DNA of 37,766 bases from a virus (Duplodnaviria; Caudoviricetes), in IMG/VR virus record IMGVR_UViG_3300010150_000056, positions 1 to 37,766 of that record. One strand, given 5' to 3'. Every line of letters starts with the position of its first letter. Positions within the stretch are counted from its first letter, which is position 1. Shown here piece by piece: positions 26,020 through 35,000 of this stretch. Under the pieces are notes generated by a model. It was not told the DNA's origin. It ran no database searches and saw only the letters and a list, made by a program, of their open reading frames with translations. The position numbers were made by a program, and so were the translations under genes.

Positions 26020-29000
26020 TCAAACCTCGATTAAGAACCATCCGTCTTTTCCGATAGGAACTGCGGTATTACCATCTGGATCAGTTGTACCAGCAAATAC
26101 TAGTGCGAATCCAGCGTTAGGTGTTTGAACAACTAGTTCTCCACCATCATAACCATTTAGGTCAGCAGTATTACCCGTTAGTAGAGTAGTGCCTGTATTA
26201 TCAGATGCATTTTGAACTTTAATCGTAGACGGTGCTCTTACAACCAGCGAGAGGTTGTAAGTAAGTAGACCGCCGATATCGACGATTCTAATCATGTCAC
26301 CAATCAAAGCTCCTGAAGGCAATTTAACGACCGTATTTTGAGAGATATTGAGGAAGTAGTTTGTATTTGCTTCTGCATCAACATCAAACGAATCGCTATA
26401 GACCCACTTACGACCACCAGTTTGTGAGAAGTAATTGGAGATACCAGCGACAGTAACAGCGCCATCTTCATCAACACCGAAGACTTCATTGCCACCAGAG
26501 TTGACCGTTAGATCACCACCGTTAACAGTAAGATCACCAGCAGCCAGGATACTACCACCAAATACAGATGTTCCAGTTCCCAAAGCAGAGAATGAACCGA
26601 AGGTAGTAAAGTCACCTGAAGAATTGTTGAACTGTAGACGTGGTGTAGTGCCATCAGGTCCGAAGATATTGAAGTCACCACCATAGATTTCTAGATCACC
26701 AGTTGCAGTATCAACACGAAGTGTGTTTCTTTCAGCAGTACCAGATGAACCACCGTTGGTTAAGGTGAAGAACTGGGTAAGTTCTACAACAGATCCTCTT
26801 ACGGTTAGATCATTGTTAGTGGTTAGTTTTCCTTGAGTTACGGTATCGCCAGTTCCACCATCAACAACGAACTTATTAAATCCTTGTCCAACTGATAGTG
26901 TGTTACCAACGAAGGTATTACCAGTTGTAGACTCAACCTTAAATACTTCGACTTCAGGATCACCACCGTCAGTGACAACCAGAGACTGAATGTCAGTGGA
27001 TACCAAAGCATCAACCTTAACGATTTCAGAATCAGATAGGAGCAGGTAATCGCTGGTAGTTAGAACACCACCAAATTCTGCAACGCCGATTCTAACAGAT
27101 GCAGAATCTGCTAGTAGACCAGCACCACTATTAATCTTAACTTCAGCTGCTGCAGCTTGATCAGACCATACGTAAGTTCCTGTTGAAACATACTGACTTG
27201 TCTTGATCTCTAGACTAGATGCAGGACCACTGATACCACCTTGAATTGGCCACGTACCATTCAGACCAACAATGTTCGATCCAGCGATTGTAATAAACTC
27301 ACCGTAATCAGCACCAACACTAGTGTTAGTCTCGTTATTCCAATTGATAGTAACGATATCAGTACCATCAGCAACGATTGTTAGGACGGCAGTATCGTTA
27401 ATCGTGACACTAGATGTAGGATCTAGAGTTCCATTGTTATCAAAGTCAAATCCAGTGATAAACGAAGCATTGAGTTGCTTATCAAACTTGGAGATGATTA
27501 CATTATCTGGGTGATCCTGTCTTGCAGTCGTGCCATCTTTAGCACGAGTAACCAAGATTCTGAAACCAAGAGGATCAGCAGGGTCAGTGATATTGGTAAG
27601 ACCAGCAACCTCAAGAAGTTCACTGTATTCCTCACCAACAGGAGAGATGTTTGTATCCTGTCCAGTTACTTCTACTGCTCTCTCGATAAACAGTAGATCA
27701 CCAATCTGGAAATCATTGACAGATGGTTTAGTGATAGGTAGTAAGTATACGTTACCAGAATCATTAGTTCCATTAACTCTGAACGATAGATCAGCACCAC
27801 CAGAGTTACCCAGTTTCGATGCTTCAATAGTCAGTAGATCGTTGTCAGAGTAACCAGAACCAGGAGATACTAGACTGATGTCTGCTGTACCGTTAGATAG
27901 AACCTGAACAGTAAACAGAGCACCGCTACCTGTACCACCAGTAGGTGTGATGAACGAATAGGTCTCGTTAGCAACCCATGTTGCACTCGATTCTGGAGTA
28001 ATGTTGTCAATTGCAGCAATCTGACCACCAGATAGGAGGTACTGATCACCACCCCAAGGTCCAACACCAGCGGTATCAATTTGTCTACCAAGCTGGATAT
28101 ACTTGAGGAACGTGATGTTAGGATTGTCGAGAGATCCAACGATGTGCTCTGATGGAGAGGTGCCGAATCTTGCTCTATCAATTGCAATGATACCAGCATT
28201 CAGACCACCAGACAATTTAATGGTGGAGTTGGATGTGGTGCTACCCTGAACGAGTAGCGAGTTTCTAATCGTGGTGCGACCACCAAGTGCTGCGATGTCT
28301 ACCGTAGAAGAGTTAGCACCAATAGTAACTTTTGTAGTGTTCTGTCCGTCACCAATATTCAGTGTAGCTGCAGTGGTGAAGATTCTAGTGGTAGATGTAC
28401 CAGCGAAAGCACCAACTTCCAGAGTACCATTCAATTTAGTCTGATACGTACCAATTAAGGTTTGGGAGTTCAGGTTAGGAGCAGCACCACCAATCTTGAT
28501 CGAACATGCAGAACCTACTACATCCTCTACTGATGCGATATCAACAAATGCGTTAGTAGAACGCTTATGAACTTCAAATGTAGTGACACCAGCGTTAGCA
28601 CCAACTCTCAATGTGTGAGAAGAAGCATCAGAAACATTGTTACCAATGTTGATGAGTTGATCACTTGTGGTGTTGTTACCGATGTTAAACGATTCGGTAT
28701 CACTTGCAGCAATCAGGAAGTCAACGTTATCAGTTAGGAACCTGAATGTTTCTGAAGTAGAGTTAATGTCTCCACCATCTACACTCAAGTCATCCTGAAT
28801 CTGTACATTTCCAGTAAATCTGGAATCACCGATTACAACGAAGTTCTTATCAAGTTCAGTAGATGCATCCAGTCCAATGCTGGTGTTAATACCAACGCGA
28901 CCACCCACTCTATATGTTGAAGATTGATCAGCAACTGCTAGATCAGAAGTTGCAACACGAAGAGTAGCAAAGTCATCAGGATCAGAACTGTCACCACCAA

Positions 29001-32000
29001 CCAAGAATGCATTAGTGAGTGCAAAGTATGTCTTACCAACAGAAGGTTCTGCTAGGTAGTTGTTTGCAGTTACTGCACCAACAGCATCATAGGATACTAA
29101 ATTCTTACCGCTGATGAATGCGTTACCAACAACATCCAAGTTAGATCTTGGATCTGTTTCAGCACTTACAGAAGCTGTGAGTACACCTTCCTTCGCCATT
29201 CTGCCGATGGTGTTGATACCCAGTCTATAATCACCAGGTACTTCAGTTCTTGTGCGAAGTGCTTCAGCACCAATGATACCAGTCTCCTTCCATCTGGACT
29301 TGGAGATTTCCATCTTCGCACCAGGACCTTCATCTGCCCATGCATAGGTGTTCTGTGCAATCTCATTGAAGATTCTGATTGTACAAGTGTTACCTGTTCC
29401 AGAGAATCCACCAGCAAGAACTGCCCATGTACCATTCAAGAACGAGTTACTGAAGTTAGAGATACGTAGATTTTCACCAACTCTAATTCCTAGACCGTTG
29501 TTGTCTAGACCAGCAGCCCATGTGATTGTAAGTTCTGCGGTGTTGTTAGAGGTAATAGAGAAGATCTGTAGATCACCTAGTTCGGTGAAGAAGTTGGAGT
29601 AAACCCAACCCATTGAACCGCTACTACCAACTTCTAGACCCTTGTACAGAACATCACCAGCTGCAGGTAGGATAGAAGATCCATAAGTAATACTCTGTAG
29701 AGTATAGAAAGCAGTTCCACCTTGACCAGCAGATAGAAGACCAGTGTTATCAGGAGAAGCATTAGAAGGAAGACCACCAGTGTAATGTGTTCTCCAGGTG
29801 TAAACTTGACCAGGATCATTTACATTACCGCGTGGGTTGAACTTGTAAACCGCAGCTTCAATCTGGTTCTTGGTGAGAATAATGTCACCATCTCTTGTAT
29901 CTCTGAAGGAAGATCTGTCTTGTGTAGGATCATCACCAGTGTCAACCAGAGATAGAATACGAAGTGCATCGCCTTCTAGAGGATCGACGTTAATCGTAAC
30001 AGGATTGTTGAGGAACGTATCACCTTCGATGGTTACCTTATCATTGAAAGTAACTGCTGTGTCGAAAGTAGTAACTAGTGCGCCGATTCCTTCATCGTCA
30101 TCACCACTGTCCTCAAGAACTGCCTGCTCAAGGAACGTCTCTTCGCCTGTAATAGCGTTGATCTTACGATTACCAATATAGAGGTCACCGTTAGAGTTTA
30201 GACCCGTGTAGAAGACAATACCGCCGTCTTCACGTTTTGCTTGTGCATAGAAGTCTTGCTTATCAGATAGAACAACTTCCTGACGAAGTGGGAAACCAGT
30301 TGAGTAGTTACCAGGACCGAATCCAAGATACTCAAACGTGTGGTTACCAGATCTTGCAATCGAAGGACGACGCAATTCTGCATAGAATTTTCTCTCTAGA
30401 GGATATACAGAGTCACCAGAGATAGGAATCTGTCTGTTCTCGGAACCTACGGATGCATTACCTTCCTGTGCTTGAATTCTATTGTCTAGAATTATACTAT
30501 TCAGGTTGCTTGTGGTATTAGTAAACTCATACGCAGCAAAAGGTGAAGTTCTAGTCAGGTCAACAACTGCTTCTTTTGTTTCACTGAACTTGTAGTCGTT
30601 AAGAGTAACAAGACCATGAACATAGTTATCTGCAGCAGCTGCTGATGCTGGGGGATCAAGAATAGTTAGATCTCTAGCTCCAGTGGTAAGACTGACCTGG
30701 AACCACAGTGGATCATTCTTATAATCCAGAGGATACAGATTAGAGATAGGTTGAGAGAATTTATAGTAGTGGAAGTTTTCACCAACACCAGCACCTAGAG
30801 GATATGGAGAGATGTTACCACGAACACAAGTCAGATAGTAGATACCATCTTGCTGAAGAGGAATCTGCTCTTGGATAGTCTCAATATTGAAGATATAGAA
30901 GGTGTCATCAATATCAGGAACATCATCGAGTTGAGAAACAGTGTATGTGTCACCGCCAGGTGTGGTAATCTTATCACCAGGAACTGCGGTATAAACGTTA
31001 GCACCCTCAATTCTATACAGGAAATTTTTTCTGTCAGATCTAGAACGAGAAGTGGGATATGCATCAGGTTGTCCAGTTAGATTGAAGAACGTTCCGTTGT
31101 TCTGAACAAAGTTAGTAGGACTGTAGACATCATAATCAATCTTGCCAGTGATGTTCTTCAGAATAACAAATGCTGTCCCATCGGCTTGATAGTATGCATG
31201 AACATAACCAGATCCAGAGCAGTAACCAGTCCAACTGACATAGTTGTCAGAGTTACTATTGTAAATGCTGGTTTGGATGCCTGCACCCTGTGGAGGTCCA
31301 ATCTCAATAACAGTGAAGATTTCATTCTTCAGTTGCTGGTTGATAATTGTATGATCAAATACAGTAAGCTCAAGTCGATCTACTAGAGTTCCTGTTCCTT
31401 GAGGGTCAACAGAAATAGTTTTAGCACACTGAATTGTTGTTGCAATCTTGGATTCAAACTCAATTTGTAGTGGATTTTCGTATGGATCATAGAATCCACC
31501 AGTAATATCAACGCTAGCAGCGTCCAGATCCGCCAGAGACAGTCCCAATTGCTCGGTAGGTCTCGCAGGGTTAAAGAACTGTGCAACCGCTGGTGCGCCG
31601 TTACTGAAGGGTTCTAGATAGAACTTCTGTGCCTTCAGGCGTCTCCTATCATCAGTTCTTGACTTAATGACATAACCATTAAGTGGTTCACGAACTGTCT
31701 GTAGATACTGTGGAAGAACATAACGCAAGCGATAGACTCTATCAAGAGCAGATCTGTCATCCTCAATTCTTTCATAGTAAGTATCTGGAGTGAATAGATT
31801 ACCAGTGCCATCTACAAAGTCAGTAGCATGGAATCTGGTCAGAATAGCATTAGGATCAGTACCACCTGAAGACTCATCTTTAACATTTAGATACCATCTT
31901 TGGAAGTCAACTGGGTCGTACTTGAGGGGGGAAGTCTTTTTGTTGCCATAGACAATAAAATCGCTTCCGCTGTTTGCAGTAAATATGACAGCGTTTGTAC

Positions 32001-35000
32001 CAGCTTGAGCATCTGCTTGGGTGGTATGAACGCTAAACTTCGTCTTGGAGATAAAACGTGGGAAGTAATACACATCTGTTGCCACGTCACCAGCACCCGA
32101 AATAGTCGGTAGTTGAGAACTTGCATCACCAGATGTAGAGAAGAAGATGGTTTGTGCTGGGACATTTGGTACAGGTACGTCGAATGTGTGCGGAATATCC
32201 GTTTCAATGTAAATACCAGAGACATTACAAACATATCTGTGCAAATCATAATTCTCATCAAGAATCTGTTGCTGAACCAATAGTTCAACATCAGGACTCA
32301 TACTCTCTGTTTCAGAAGAGTAGATATAGATACCAGCAGCTGCATTTTCTTTAGTAGCAGCAAGCATAAGTTTGGTGCCTGCAGTATTATCAAACTCCGA
32401 AGTATTATTAAACGAGTTTGGATATGTATCTCTACCAGGAGCGATTACATAGTAAGGTCTATTAGTCTCGAATCCACGAGGCAATCTAACAAGACGCTTG
32501 TCAACAGCAGGATTAGTAGCTCTTGGAATAAGTCTTACAGGTGTTCCTGTTTGGAATCCATGAGGATCAGTATCTCCATTACCAGTATCAATTACAAATA
32601 CAGTTGCTCTACCAATTAGAGACGAAGACTCAATAATAGCTTCAACTCTAGTTACCTGATTACCATTACCATTCAGTACCAAATTGACAACATCAAAGTA
32701 TCCTTCGATGGCAGAAACAATGTTAGTACACTCGGGATACGTATCATCTTGAGTGATTGTAAGATCTACAATACGAGGAGATGAAGAGTATTGGTTGACA
32801 TTCTCAAAATACAACCAAGCAGTGCTGCTATCTAGTTGTGGTTGATAAACCTGTCCAGTTGCAGGATCAGCCACTTCAATAGTAGTTGCATTGATAATCT
32901 GGGTAATAACAAGTGGTCCACTTCCGAGCAAGTTAGTGCCAAGACGTGAAGAACCTTGAGTCAAGAAACCATTAACAAAATCATTCTCGCTGTACTCACT
33001 GACCTGCATGCCAGTTGTGAGTCCAGAAGTATCACCAACAACAATATTAGGACTAGATGTAGAAGTTGTGCAATTCTTGATTAGGAGTGTACCGTTACGA
33101 ATTACACCGAAGATCAATCTCTTCAGGTAGTCATATGCAATAAGAGTTTCAGTTAGTTCAGTATCAACATAGGATACGTTGCCACTAGAAATGTAAGACT
33201 CGGAAGCATATACAGTGTTGATGTTACCGCCAACACGAAGATCCTTGACAACAGCATCAACAATAAATCCAATATCTCTTTCACACTTGGTGATAGTTAG
33301 AGATGTGTTAGTCAGAAGTGCTGGATATTGAGCAGTGATGTATCCATAAGTTTCTTCTGCTAGATATGATCTGTTCTTCTCGATGAGATTAGCAGCATCA
33401 TATGCCTTGTTAAAGTCATCATTTCCATCACCATCTAGATCGAACAATACGTTCAAGTTAGCAGGTGTTAGAGTATCCAGAGATGCCGTAACTGATTTGA
33501 TACCAGATGGTTCTAGTGTACCATGATAAGTCTGCTTACCACCTACACCACCAGAAGGCAATTTGACATATAGTCTGTCATCTTGCTTTGCACCAATTCT
33601 ATATCCATCAATAGATGCTGCAGGACGTGAAGCTGGATCCTTATTAGTATCACCAGCAAGATATAGTTTAGTGTTATTAGAAACATCATTTGATGCTTCG
33701 ATATCAAGAGTGTAATAAGCATTCTTCTTGATTGCTTCTACATTAGTATTAACAACCTTGGGAGGAATGATAGCATCAATGTAACCACCTTTATCCTGGT
33801 TGAAAGCAAATCCTTTGAAACCAATAGAGTGGAGTGAAGTATTACCGAAGTTAGAGTTCGAGTTGGTGATAGACATGTCACCACCACTTTCCATTAGGAA
33901 GTGATCGTGGAAACCAACAGCGAAGACCGAGACGCACTGAATGAAGGAGTCATCTGAAGCACGAATGTGGAAGTTTCTCCACTCATCCTTCCAATATGCA
34001 TCACCTTTGGTGTGATAAGGAATGGTAGCAAATGCATCAGTTAGTGATGCTTGATTCCATGTGTTAGTAAATCTGTCGTAACGAATGAACGCTCTGTCAT
34101 CTTTCTGGAGCGAAACACCCGTGTACTGTGCAACAACCATCGACTTGAATCCAGTTGCCTTGGATCCATCCGCCCACATGCCGCACTGACCCCAGGTAGA
34201 ACGAATCGAGCAGTTGAAAACATACGGAGATGCAGACTCAACAGAGTCAATTTCCGCTTGAATCACTGCACTAGTGCCAAGACCGTTAGCAGTGCTGTAA
34301 GTTGTACCAGAAACCAGTCCTAGACCAGCAGCTGTGATAGGAATGATGTAGGTGAATACCTTTGGATTGTTATCATCAATGGCATCAACCTTGAATGTAC
34401 CGTTGACTTCATCAGATAGACCACTGTTGATAACAGCGATATACTGACCTTTGAAGTAACCGTGCTCAATCTTGGTGGTAACAGTCAATCTAGACTGTGA
34501 CGTGCCAGGAATATCAACAACTTGAATCTGCTCAACAGTTCTGGTATCAGATAGAGGACCAACAATTCTAGTCTCTTGTACCAGTGCTTCTAGTTCGCCA
34601 TCATCAATTGTAGGCTGGAACTGTGCAAATGCTCTACCAACTTTCTCATAGTAGCGATCTAGTTCATCATTACCTGCATAGGTCATGATGCAGATCTTGT
34701 GGTGAGAATACTCGGGAATCTTTAGATCCGTAGAGTTCTTCTTGTAGTATACCTTACCTACTTTGTCTGCCTGATCATATAGTGGAGAGTTCTCGGAGAG
34801 GTCACCATCCTTGATAGTGAACTGCCACAAGTAACAACCACCAGTCAGTTTAAAGATACCAGTTCTTTCTTGATCACCATCAACGGGATCAGGTACATAT
34901 AGAGGTCTGATGATGGTGCGACGGAGGTCATAACCGATCAAAGAACAACCTCTAGGAACGATACAACCGCCCTCGGTAGAGTTGAACTTGTAGAATACGT

